From assembly GCA_977030845.1 (NCBI GenBank), contig OZ365118.1, positions 16,306,001 to 16,370,000 of the forward strand: a stretch of DNA of 64,000 bases, read 5' to 3'. Origin of the DNA: Fimbriosthenelais zetlandica (lineage: Eukaryota). Position 1 is the stretch's first letter, and every line of letters starts with the position of its first letter. Shown in pieces: positions 1 through 12,800 of this stretch. A model generated the notes under the pieces. The model saw nothing but the letters and a program-made list of their open reading frames with translations. It was not told the DNA's origin and searched no databases. The position numbers and the translations under genes were made by a program.

Positions 1-394
1 ATCTGCTCACCATTGTACAATAATTGTGGTCCTGTGGAGCCTAATTCTGGCGGAGGTGGGTGATTGCCACTCGGGAGAAGTGTTCCCAAATGGTGGCAAG
101 AGGAGGAGGAAAACCATGACTGGACAAATTGGTATTGATCTGTAGTGGTGCGATCTTCTCCTTTAATCCAGGCTGGCAGTCTACAGGCGATCATGGATTA
201 GCCTACTTAGAGCCGAGTAGTCTCCATTCAACCTGGAAGAGACGGAGAAAAAAAGATCAACAAGCATCAAGGTGAATAGTGGGGACATAGTGTCAACAAA
301 AACTACAAGGAGACTTTTAAATGAGAGAAAGCTAATCAGCTCCCATGTAGACCTTCAACATGTGAGACTAGTGCTGTAGTAGAATGCATTCCAT

Positions 395-700
395 TCCATT
401 GATATGCAACTTGATAGCTAAAGTTGAATATTTATCATTTTAGTGTCATAAGCATCTAATTTTAACCCCCAGTTTCGGCGGCCATCTTGGATTTAGGCCC
501 AAGGTTGGACCCAGCGCAAGAAGGGTTCGAAGATTCGGGAGACAATCCTCAAAATATAGTATACCGAAAAATAAAATGGGCTGATGAAACACACAATAGA
601 GGGTACATACAACATTCTTAATTGTTGAAAGATGCATATAACAGAACATTTCATGGCCAGTTCTCACTAAGCAATTTAATCAAGAGATTCTTGTCATGAC
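395..700. mobile_element. Probable non-autonomous DNA-transposon (MITE-like) remnant
   Basis: Contains ttccattgatatgcaact and ggcggccatcttggattt, strings typical of MITE interiors; no TIR pair found. Confidence 0.3.
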
Positions 701-2304
701 CCTCATCAAATGACACATCCATACCTCTAATCTTACGAGGCAGAAAGCACTTCATGAAAAGCGGGATGAACATATTTTGTGGCCAGTAGAAGCGGTGATA
801 ATTCTAGCTGTCTCATTTTGGTGAGAGCAGGGGGCAAGTGGCTGTGGTTGGGGTATCAGTGAGAGCAGGCTGGCCCCCTGTGGAGACGATGATTGATACT
901 TTTCATCAAGCATAACTGGAGATCATTGCCCACTCTAAGCTCTCATCATTCAAGGTTTATCAAAATGGGAGGATGATGCTCTGAGGAGATCCCGGGCTTA
1001 GCATTGGTGTAATATAGCGAAATGAAATGCTTCCCCAATTTAGTACAGACGAGGACTTCCAAGGGCAAGGGAGTTGGCTTTTTATCCATTGTATGTCTCG
1101 TATGAGAATAAAAGATTAAAAAATGTACCAGAGAGAAGGTGAGCTTATGAGCATTTGCTTCAAGGACGTGGGTTTCATGGGTTCACAAAAGAAATCAACT
1201 GCATGGTCTGACAGTGTAGAAAGTTAGGAATGAGTAGTGACTTCCCAGAGATTTCCTTTCATTAGTTTCGAACCATTTCATTGAGCAATTTATTATATTT
1301 GCCCAGAAGTCATTTAGTGAATCCCAGAGCTAATCATTTACGTGAGAATCATTAAATTCCATGCATTTATCAAAACCAACATTCCCCCCAATAATTTACC
1401 AAACCAAAGCCAAAATTCAGCTCCCCCATTCTCAGAGCAATTCTATCCTGGGAATACTGAGAACAAGCAAAGCAAATATTTCTTGTTTAGCCAGTGATCC
1501 ACTGTGCTATGGAAAATCACAGAGTACTTGTCTGCATGGACAAAACGGATGCACAAGAACCTCGAGTATGCATTTTGCAAAATTAGAGATTTCATCAAAT
1601 ATTCAGTGGGAAAATGGGATAATGTTTCATAACGTTCCTAATCTGGTCACTAATGCTGCACCCTGAATCATCCGAGTGCTCATTGCCTATTACATGACAG
1701 GCGCAGGGTACATGTAAGAGAGATGCTTGTACTTTTTAGCTTAGTGCCCTGTTCTACCCTTTGATTCTCATCATTATAAGCAGGACAATGGGTGCCCTAT
1801 AGGATCACTGGGTGTAGATGGTAAGGGATCTAACATTGAATCATTTCGTGGGGGGTGTTTGATCCATGGAGAAAAGATAGAATGATCAGAGACAGTTTCT
1901 ACACTGGGAGGCATATGAGATGTCCCTCCAATAGGCAAGGCCATATTTGCAGAGTAGCATGGTACCCAAGGTCAAAGATAACAGGAGATGGAAGTTCATT
2001 TCTGTTTAGAAGATTAAACACAAACAGCTATAGTTTCTGTTAACAAACTGTTTCAAAATATATTGGCCACTTCTTTTCTCTTAATTGCAACAGGGGTAGT
2101 TTCCGTTTTCCGAAATCATTCTGTTCCTTTGACTGATATCAACAGTGGCTTGCTGATTAGGTAGGCAGATGAACATGGTTAAAGATCTTTTCTAACAGAT
2201 CCTGAGTCAATCTTCCGCATTGACCTTTTAACTCACCTCTATCTCTTACCCTTCCACCCGTCATATGTACCTACAGCAGACAAAGGTGTGTGAAATAAAG
2301 TGAG

Positions 2305-2420
2305 AGGCTGAAGAGGGAGAAGGGGATGAGATTGAGCCAGAGTGAGAGGAGAGAAGGGCCAGAGATGAAAGTCTGGGAGCCGAGTCATAGAGGGAGGGAG
2401 AGAGATGTCTAACAGAGACA
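2305..2420. repeat. Degenerate GA-rich tract
   Basis: Direct reading. Confidence 0.7.
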
Positions 2421-5400
2421 GTATAGCGGATCCAGGATTTCAGCAAAAGTTCAATGTGAGTTGGCCTATGCATGTCACTATGAGTATGGAAGTCCCTGCA
2501 TGTGAGCATGAACTTCCATGAACTGCTTGAGAAGTTCCATGAACTTTATCTCATTAAGTTTCACCCTTTGATCCAGTAATGAAAGCTAAGGAGACTACTC
2601 ATGTAAACGGGTCTGCATGTTGATAACAACAAATCAATGCCTCTATAAAGTCAGAGTAAGACATCTGACCTTGCCACAAGGTAAATAAATCCCCTAAAAA
2701 CTGGCCAGTTTGATTTCCCCTGGTAGAGTCACTCACATCAGCTCTTTGTACCTGAGACGCGGAGTTAAAGTGGAGCAGATACAATCAATAAGTGTATGGA
2801 GAGTGGGGCAAAATACACCCCTGAGTCTTTTGTTCTGGATTCTATGGAACGTCCCAGAAGACTTAAACTGCAGGTCGCTTCAAAAAGAATTACTAGTCAG
2901 TATCCAAGAGTTACAAGTTTCTTGATACATTTGTATACTTTCTTCGCCCACAAGTAACATTCGAGAAGGCCTGGACCCGCCGCCTTCTATCCCTCCGGTC
3001 TCAAATATTATCTAATTTGTCATCTTTTATGGTTCAGGTACTTTCAGATGTACCTTTCCTTCCTTGAGAACATTAAGAGGTAAAGAATGGAGGTCTTGGT
3101 TTGTAAACAGTATAAGGAGCCGCCAGACAGAGTGGTTGAATGCTTTATTGAAATGTGCATGATCTACTTGCATGTCTCAATACATTACCTGAGTGAGCAG
3201 ATCAGGTTATTATTAGACCACAACTGCTCCCCCTGCCGACCAAACAGTACAAAAATAGACGGCAAACATACTCCCTCCATCTAAGAATAGACTCTATACC
3301 ACTAACGTGACTTTCTTGCCATTAACTCATATCTGTCTTGGCCTTTGTGTAATTAATAATTTCAACATTTTCTTGGAATCTTATCTAAAGAACTGATGAA
3401 CATGGCTAGTCAGGTAGGAAGCAGTGTCACTAAGAATGTAATTTAAAATGCCCTAGGGCATTGGGAAAAGTTCGAATTTCAAGCATCCTGCAGTCTACTA
3501 TAGTGATTCAGAAATCCATTCCATCCGGTAGAGATGGAACCAGATATACTCTAATGACATTTCTAATTAAATACTAATATGCATTTAGAATCAAAATCTC
3601 AAAGTCTAACGAGTTGAGTTGATAAGAATCTAATGTGAGAGGCTCCAAATTCCAGGCTTTCCAGACACATTTCAATCAAATCAACGTATATACATATGTT
3701 TCAACCGAGTAAACAACTATATAAAAACAGGTTTACACGGATGGTAAAAGATCTGAGACTGCGTGATAGAGTAGGCCTACCTTTCTGAAGGGAGATCATT
3801 AGTTAGAAGGCTTGCCTCATCCAAGCCATTACTTAGAAGTTTCACTTCATCCATGCAATTTTCTAGAAGCCAGCAAGTGGGGGATTCAGACATCTGCTTC
3901 CTTTAATATCTGTTGCTTGTCTTTTGATTTGAAAATTACTTCTGTGAAGACATATAAAGAGATATATCACCTCTAGAGAAGGAATCTGAGGGATGATGAA
4001 TTTGCAGAGCCTTATATCCACTCAGCGATTTGGCAGTTTGATTAAGCAGTATAGGCTGGTTCTCTGGCATCATGCGGAAAACAACATTTGGAATTAGGTG
4101 ACTATGTAAAATGAACTGCCAAATTTAAGACTCAGTCATGTGGGGCACTTCTTCGAGAAGTGGTCAATAGAAAACTAGGTTGCAAGCATACATTGTGACT
4201 AGTATAAAATCGGTCTTTCGGAATAGCTTTACCTATGAAAGAGCAACTTTGAGCAGACATGAGCAGAAGTCTCCACAACACGAGCTGCTCTTGCTCTAAG
4301 AAGCAGAACAGGCTGCTATCTGATAGCCTTCCCACCCAAACAGAACCTCGCAGTTCTGTCCTGGCAGACCATGTCACACTTGCTTCTATGAAGTTAGAGG
4401 CAGGGTGTTTGTGGAGGGTTTTATGTGTTAGATATAGCTTTGCTTTGGCCTCAGAATGTCCTTAGTCATCGCATTAAAACCGTCCTCTGAAGCATTACCA
4501 TTTATCAAACCGCCTTCTCCTTACACTGTCTGCGAGTAGGAGCACTCTCAGACACAGCCACAGACGGTAAATTATAGGCCAATATAACTTGTCACTGCTA
4601 CAGCTTTTACACTTTTAAATGTGTTATCAGTATGAAAACAAGGCTTTGTTAGAAACGACAGGCATTGAGGCATCTTAACACTTACGAGTAAGATCCACAT
4701 TTACTCATATACTGCCCAACAAAGGAAGACAATTCTCACGTCTTCACAATAACAGGTTCCATTTCTCACTCCATCAATAAGTGGATTGTTCGTTTCATCA
4801 GAAGAAAACAATCTTCTCTTAAAACATTTCAGCTTTTCTTGCTGAGAACACTCTTCAACTAAAAGTGTTTGTGAACTGTTTTTTGAAAGGACACTTAAGT
4901 TCTCTTGATTTAAAACTGTGGAGCAACATGAGAATGGAGAATTCAAAGGGACACAGTGAGATTGGCTTTGAAAGGTACAGCCACACTCAAGCGATTTGAA
5001 CGACCGATTGCCTCAATGGGAACCCTTTCCTTATATCAAATACCAAGCACCGTTTCCACGATTGTTCAACATTCTTCCCAAAACATTTTCAAAATTTCTC
5101 ACTTTCCTTTACCGTCCAGTCCAGCTGACTGATATCAAAGGCCAGCCATGTCCTCTGCCTATGGCAAGAGGTATAGAGAAGATCAGTCAAATTATGTGCC
5201 GAAAGCGTGTTTCCTAATCGTCCTGAGCTCGTAGAAAAATTGCTGATTCGCTATTAAACAACTATTCATATTAACAGGGCACAAGTAGGACCCTGGTGCC
5301 GTTTTTTAAATACACATGTCAGAGATTTAAAGCAAGGTATGATATGATTTAAGAAAACAGGGGAATATTTGTGTGGGAAGGCTTCCACCTCACACCACTC

Positions 5401-6666
5401 CTCATGCCTCACTAGTTACATAAACATGTCAGTGGGTGGTCCAAATAGAGCCTTATTTATTATACCTCTCTAACGTGTTTACGACCAAGGCATGCCTAGC
5501 TTACTTCATTCACAAACTTCTGGCGGCTTTTTACAAAAAAAGGTGGAGTGCAAAATTCCCCCTGTATTTTCAGATTAAATATTCATTGTCTCTGAAATGA
5601 GAAATACTAGCATTTCAGCTGTTATACTTTTCTCCGTCTGCCTTCTTTAGTAAAAATAGTAACATGTCTAGTCTGAATTTTGGACACTTTAATCACTAAG
5701 ATGTGGTCGCTAATTCCTCTGCCATTAAAACAGACTCGAGAAGCTATTTTGCTTCTATATATAGAACCCAGATAAATAAAGCACCACGATATTTTAATTC
5801 AAGTAATTACTTGGATTAAAGTCAAGCACATGTTTAACAATATTTTCTATGTTAATTTGAGTGACGACTAAGCCTCAAGGCATCTTAACAAGTGCTATCT
5901 GGTCACCGGATGGCCTTCTCTATTCTTATAATAGCAGACTACCTGTGTACAGTAAGATGCTTAAAGATCCACCAAACCAAACTTGAAGTCAGATAAGTAC
6001 CTTTCAGAAATAACCTTAAACTGCAGCTAAACCACACATTTCATCCTTCAAGGGCTAATGTCCTTTTCGTGGGAAACAAATCAAATAACTTGTCCAAGTT
6101 GTATTAATGAAAATCCTTCAAATATGTACCGACAGATACACTTTTAACAGTGGACAACCACCTAATGACAAGCCTCCATTTTGGCATGCAACTCTTGAGC
6201 CTCTGGGGTCTTATAGCTTTCAAACTAATTCCGTCACTTTCCCATCAGGCCGAGTGAGCAAGCAAGTGATTTGGGGGAAAAGATTCCCCGCCACACCTCC
6301 GCGACCGTAACACGATTATCGTAATCGTGTTTCTCCCTTAATTGAGCATTGATTTACAATGAACGTTACACACTACAAACATGTCCCCCAGGTCCTCTCT
6401 CCATCTCCTCACTACTTCCATTTAAAATCCTTCTATAAAGAGGCCCTACTTGTTCAAGAATACCGAGGGAAATCAGTCACAAAACAGAGTGCTAAGTGGG
6501 TGATATGAATTCAGAACCTGTCCACTAAGTCCCCCGTGGGGAGGGGATGTCTGCTCAAGAAATTCACTTTAATTTTTTTAGGAGATTGCTGTAAGATTGA
6601 GAGAGGAATGTGAGTATAGGCTGCTCTCGATATCTGTCAGTGGCTCAGTCAGATATTCTGAATATG

Positions 6667-6815
6667 GATATAGTGATGATCAATGCCCCAAGGCCATTAG
6701 AGGAAACAGACCTTATATATTGATATATAGTGATGATCAATGACCCCAGGGCATTTGAGAGAAGAGGCCTTTCCTACTGATATAGTGATGATCAATGTGC
6801 CCGGGGCATTCGAGG
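6667..6815. repeat. Diverged ~56-bp tandem repeat x3 with invariant 18-nt core ATATAGTGATGATCAATG
   Basis: Core at about 6668, 6725 and 6780; tails visibly related but diverged. Confidence 0.85.
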
Positions 6816-9800
6816 CCAGATAGACTATTTTTCCTTTTGAAATTTCTGAAGTGACATCTCGAGTTTTAACTAGTCTGGCGAAGGTAGGTAGGAAAGCAAG
6901 GATACTGTGTAGGAGAGGGATCAATCATTGTTCCCATGGCTGGTTTCACTTTGTCTCTGACAGGCCCTATAAGGTAGGACAAGTCTACATGAAATGCTCC
7001 CTTGCTCACTGGTTTGACAATCTGTCCCAAAGTCCTGCCATGACCAGACAACCATAATGGATACTCCTTGCCAGTCAGTGTTTAGAGTGGTACATCAAGA
7101 CCTTCCAGGACCTGGACCTATCAAGTGCTACCCAGAAAACCTGGTGCCACAGAGTATCTTTCCTGGGTTGATTTGACAGATCTCATAACTCTACAATACT
7201 TCCAAGAAAAGACACGTCATCAAACTCATAGTTCCAAAAGCCCTGATTGAACTCTATAACACCTTTAAATCAGTATAGGCCTCTGGAGACCCAAGTCTCA
7301 TGGAGTATCAACTTCAACTCATCCACTGTTTTCTTCTGCTTGACTTTACATCTCAGTAATTCTTCATCCACTCTCCACTAGTCATTGATCTCTCATGCCC
7401 GATCACTCCGCATCCACGTTTGATAGCTTTGGCATCTCTGGACCAAGTCCATCATTTGTCACTTAACTCTAGTGACTTCCATCATACCACAAAAGATTAA
7501 TAAACTTTAATCATTTCTTACAGTGATTTACATTTTGTTGCGTAGTAACACTGTTAAAAATGTTGTTTTCATTTGGGGGAAGTTCAGACATAGATCTGAG
7601 TGGGGTCTAATACTTCTCACTTCATGTGAAAATTCTTCTCTTCACTTCCTTTCCAAGTAATTCTATGATAATGACATAGAAACCAAGTGATCTAAACTGG
7701 TCACTTTTCTTGTTTAAATTCTCCTCAGGAGGGACTCGGGATAGATATTATACGATATCGAATCAGTTTCAATTCTTATCAGCTTCTGGGAAATCCAGTG
7801 CACGAGCCATGTCTCAAAGTGGACAAGATATGATTAAAAACCGACATATCCCAGGGGTAGTGGTAACTGACAGTCTGTGAATTTGAATATCCCACTCCAC
7901 TGGGGAATACAAATGTATATCATATTTGACTGAAAGACATAAAACTAGGTTCATGGGAGGAAATCCTCCGAGACCTTACAGCTTGTGAATCTAAGATCTT
8001 TAGTTTATGGAACAGTATTCGTTCATGATCCTATAACTAATAGAGTTCATTGCAAATATAAATGACATGGGGGTTCTGTAAAACTTACAGGACCGATCAC
8101 AGATTCAGTTCTGTAAAACGAAATTTATTATATTATTGATGTAATCAAATTAGTAAGTATCTGTGAAGTTCTGAAAGTCTACAGTCAAGTAAGGACATTG
8201 CTCCCTGCCTCCTCCCCAAACCGTTCCCACATCAGTCATCCCTCGCTACATCCCAAGGGAGAGTTTTTGTGACACCGCCAAATCTACCTGCCACATATCT
8301 GCCACTCCCAACTTCCCAAGGTGCCATCTCCGCTCCTCCGGATGTCCACTGCATCTAAATCTCGCGACCAAATCTAATAAATCAATCTATGACTGGGGAT
8401 ATTTCATTTAGGACTGAGGAATGTCTCTCCTGTCCAATACAAGGTCCTGTCTGCTGGACCCAACAAGACATGCAAAGATGGCCCATCACCCAGTCAGGAC
8501 TGATTTGGGCAGCGTCGAGGGCAAGATGAAGAAAAACTCCTTCAGTAATTGACCATATGCTTACCTCGATCTGCCAACTTAATCTTCTTCACGGCTCTTT
8601 AGAGCCACAGATTTCAGTTTTTTATATAAAAAAGAGTTTTTGGTTTCCTATTCAGTGCTTGGTAGTTCCAGCTTTGAAGGGCATGCCTCTATACGTTTCC
8701 AAAGCCCACTTCTTGCCAGGTTCCATTCCAGGGACCTAGGCTCATGTCAGGGGCCACAATTTGCAGTTAATTCCAGCCAGATTTACTCTTTAGCAGTTCA
8801 AATGCATGCAAAATACATGAACATATAAAACTAATATACCTTAGAATTGCAAAATGTGTTTGTTTCTAGCTGCCAATATTTGCATTCTTCGGGATTCTGG
8901 TCTTCACCTAAAACCATGCTTCAGACCTTCTTGTCAGAAACATGATTTCTGTGAAGGTACTGGCATTCTTAGTCTCCAAACCAAGTTGTATATTACTCAT
9001 CTTTTAGTCCAACTAAGTTATCAAAGCCAACTAAGTTTGAGTTCTATGGTAGGAAGAAAATAAATTATGACAAATGGAGACCCAGAAATTACAGAAACCC
9101 ATAATAAATAATAAGTACCCTACAACTTATTAACTAAAGTTTCTTCTCAATCTCACGAGAAAGACCCTACAAAGTGTTAAGAGGTGGTACCGAGTTTCAC
9201 AAACTTATTTTCAAACTGACGGAAGAGCTTAGTCGGTGATAGTATAATGGTTCTAAAAGCATCTTGAACTTTTCAGGTCATTAGGGGGTTACCCCTCTGT
9301 GTAACCAATCCAGGTGCATATGTAGGCCTGTGGCATATTCACCCTTCAATGCTCAAAACCCCTTAGCGCGAATAACACCAAGGGGAAAAGGGTTATAGTT
9401 TATATGCCTCATAGCCCCTTTTGCTTGAGTGTATACTGTAGTACTACAGAAGAAAGACATAGCCTCGGGTACAACATCAATGCTTGAACCAGGATCTGCT
9501 GAAAGTCAGGACTCCTGGGGCCAAATTCTGAGGCGTGAAAGTTGAGTCGACTTGACTTTCCAGCTTCAGGGAACTATACAATCAGAAGTTACTTCACTTT
9601 TCAACTGATATAACTTAGCCTTTCCTCCTTTTTAGTACATTATCAATCTGCAAGTAATATGAATGTCAATTATCTGTCTCTGTCTTTCGGTCCTTGTTTC
9701 CCTGTCTTTTCAACCTCCCTCACTTCATATGGAATCATTCTGTTTTTGCTGAAGACCACCACCACCTCGCGCCACCACAAAAACTGACTGATCCCAGGTC

Positions 9801-12800
9801 TGGCGCGGTGGTGCTTTCCACTGCTCCACGGAACATTTCATTCATGCTTCAGACAGTGTGAGTGAAGCACCGTATATACTCCACCCAGCATCTCTATCAA
9901 TCAAACAATCATTCACAAACGGCTACCACATGTCTCACAAACACTACCTGCTCTCTCAACCAGCCCATCCGCTCATTCCACTGGTAGTGAAACACCTTAA
10001 CTGTTAGTTTTAACTGCCTGTTTTCAGCAAGGCAAAATTTCATCACCATTCAACCCACAACCAGTGTATAGATCTCTTCTGCTGTGAAATCTGAGACTCA
10101 CTAGTTAGCCTTATGAAGATTACTTATGGCATTCTGAACCTCATTACAACTAATGAGAATTGTTAGAAGTCATTAGCTTGATATGGAATCAATGAATCAA
10201 TTTCTTACATGTATACAGTCCTTCGTAAATTTCTTACGCAGGCACATATCGATTGCACTAGAGATCAAATGAAAACTATGACCTTGAATAGATTGAGTCT
10301 GTACTAAATGAATATCTGGATACAAGGTTCCAGCGATCAATTGTGACTGATTGACAGACTCTTCATCCTTCTGTCACTCTACTTTCGCTCATCCGCATGT
10401 TTCACCCTCTCAAACCCTGCGGGCTTTGAACCTCTGATCATAATACAGAGATTTATAGCTGCTAGAATGAGTGGGTGGATGGCAGAGGGAATTGCTTGAC
10501 CACAGGCATGAGTGACCATTGAGTGACCACTCAATGTCCGTCTAATGTTTGGCTGAAAGCATCCGTGACAGTAGAAAGAACTGGACAAGTAGTTCTTGCT
10601 TTGATATCCTTCTGTTATGGCCATTACTGATCACAGTTGTTTTCCCTTTGTTCAGGCAGGTTCCTGGTCAGCTCTTTGACATTGTACTCTGCATTTGTAG
10701 CTATATCAAACACATAACTACTGCTTTACAATTCTCTGAGTCACTTCAAAGAGTCAGACTGATATTCAGTATATAATATTCAACAATAAAGTCTACGTTT
10801 CAAAAAGCTCAGATAGAATCTATAGAAGAAAACCTTTCCAGATCCCGAATCCTGTTTCGATTCATACTTTCCCGATTCACTATTGAAAAAGGGTAAAATG
10901 ATCAGAATATCAAACATATATCCACTTGGGTTTAGAGGAATAAAGAATGGATTTCTTTGCAGAAGAACATCGGATTATTGGTGAATGTCAAGCAGCAACA
11001 ATACGGTATAAAGGGATATGCTGGAAGGACTCACAGAAGGTCTGGAACAGATGGAGAAGCGTGCAGTCTTATATACCACAAAGTTCCCACTTTTTCTCGC
11101 TTCACAGATGCAGGTAAAGGTGTGTGTTTTTATAACCTCTAGGGCAGCAGGCATCCACAGCTAGGTGTATACACTCTTAAACTGCAGTGTTAATGAAACA
11201 GAAGCTACTGTATCTCAATAAGCAGGTAGAAAATGGTCCAATTAAAGCAATTAAAGTATTGCAAATCGGTAATGCTGTGTACCAATTGTTCAGGTGTCGG
11301 CAAAGCAAGCGTAGGACTTACAGAAAACTGCAACTGTTTGTTGCAGGAATGCACTATCAACATTATAGATAGTTCAATTGGCAACAGGAAACAGCTTCTG
11401 TGATAATGTTTTCCTTATCAAAGGTAGACAAATGGTTATGCAGGAAACACACATTTCATCAAAGAATTTCTTTTGCTGGAAATCAATGTTGCTCTCTCCA
11501 CTGATTCATGTTACTTTTTACTCACTGTCTGGAAGGAATTACTTTTTTTGTTGAAATAATAGACTTTGGCTTGTAGGGGTTTATTTTGGATTTAGTCAGA
11601 AGAAAGGTCATGGAGAGCACGCAGGCGGTCAGCCAGACAGTAGGGGGCCCAGAGAACTGTGACGTAAAGAATTATTTTTAAAAACTTCTGAAGCTTCCAT
11701 GCTGTGTGCCACATGGCCAAGTGTGTGTGAATATTCCATGGAACCTTTGTTCATCTATAATTATCCAAATCCTGAGCCAATTCTCCCCCAGAATCAGCAA
11801 GCACCTTTTACAATATAGTATAGCCATTTCATCCAGGAAACTACTTTGTGCACTCTGGCAGTGCAGAACATTCCCTGAGCAAGGGTCTGTGGAATCTAAT
11901 GTCTTTCAAGTTTGCAATGAGATGTAGAAACTTTTTGGGGCTTTTGTCAATGATTATGTATGGTTTGGTTAGCAGTGAGCTTGTGGAGTTTGATTTCATG
12001 CTTTGGTTTGCAGTGATCTGGCAGTGAGGTCAATGGTACTCTCTGGGGATAGCAGTCACTCCTGACGACTACAGCATCGGGTCTAGTGTCATCTATAGTC
12101 ATCCAGGCCTTTCTTGTAGGTGTTTAGAACAGATAGATGAACATCCAGCTATTAATAACAATGGTTTGAATCTGCTGTCAATAAAAATGACATGATTGAA
12201 TGAGACAGTAAATAACAATCAATGTTCTTGTCAAAGTTACAAGGTAGTTATGGCTTGTGATTCAAACGTGCAGTATCAGGGCCTGCCAGGCCCTCCCTCA
12301 ACAATCCGCCAAGTTTCAACACTCGATTCTTCAGAGAAAACCATTCAATTAAAATGAAATTATCAATCTAAAATTAGAAGACGCTGCTCTGCAATGAATG
12401 GAAATATCTAGATGGGCACTGACAAAAGGCAATTTGGAAATGTACAAACTAATAGTGTCTTAAGTGGATAACACTTTCATATGTCAGTATTATTTAGCGT
12501 GCTAACTTAGTGCCATAGGCACAATAAGATCAGGTAATTCTACCATTGTTTTGGCTGTAATTTGAATGAAATCTGGTTCATCTCTGAGGCCATGTATATC
12601 GATTTCATCAGACACTGGCCATTTCTAAGCACCAACAGCCAGTCTGAACTAAAAACCCGACAGATAGAGTGAGATTGAGATCCAGCCGTCAGCCAGGTGT
12701 TAGGAAAAACCTGAGGCAAGGTTTGTCAGTAAATGCTTAGTGTTTACAGGCAGCTGTCTCAACACTGTAAAAGTCTGCTGGGACTCGTACAGTGGATGTG

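Noticed and set aside
6667-6815. CRISPR array
   Set aside because: Eukaryotic context, only three units, the 'spacers' are homologous to one another, and no cas genes are present.
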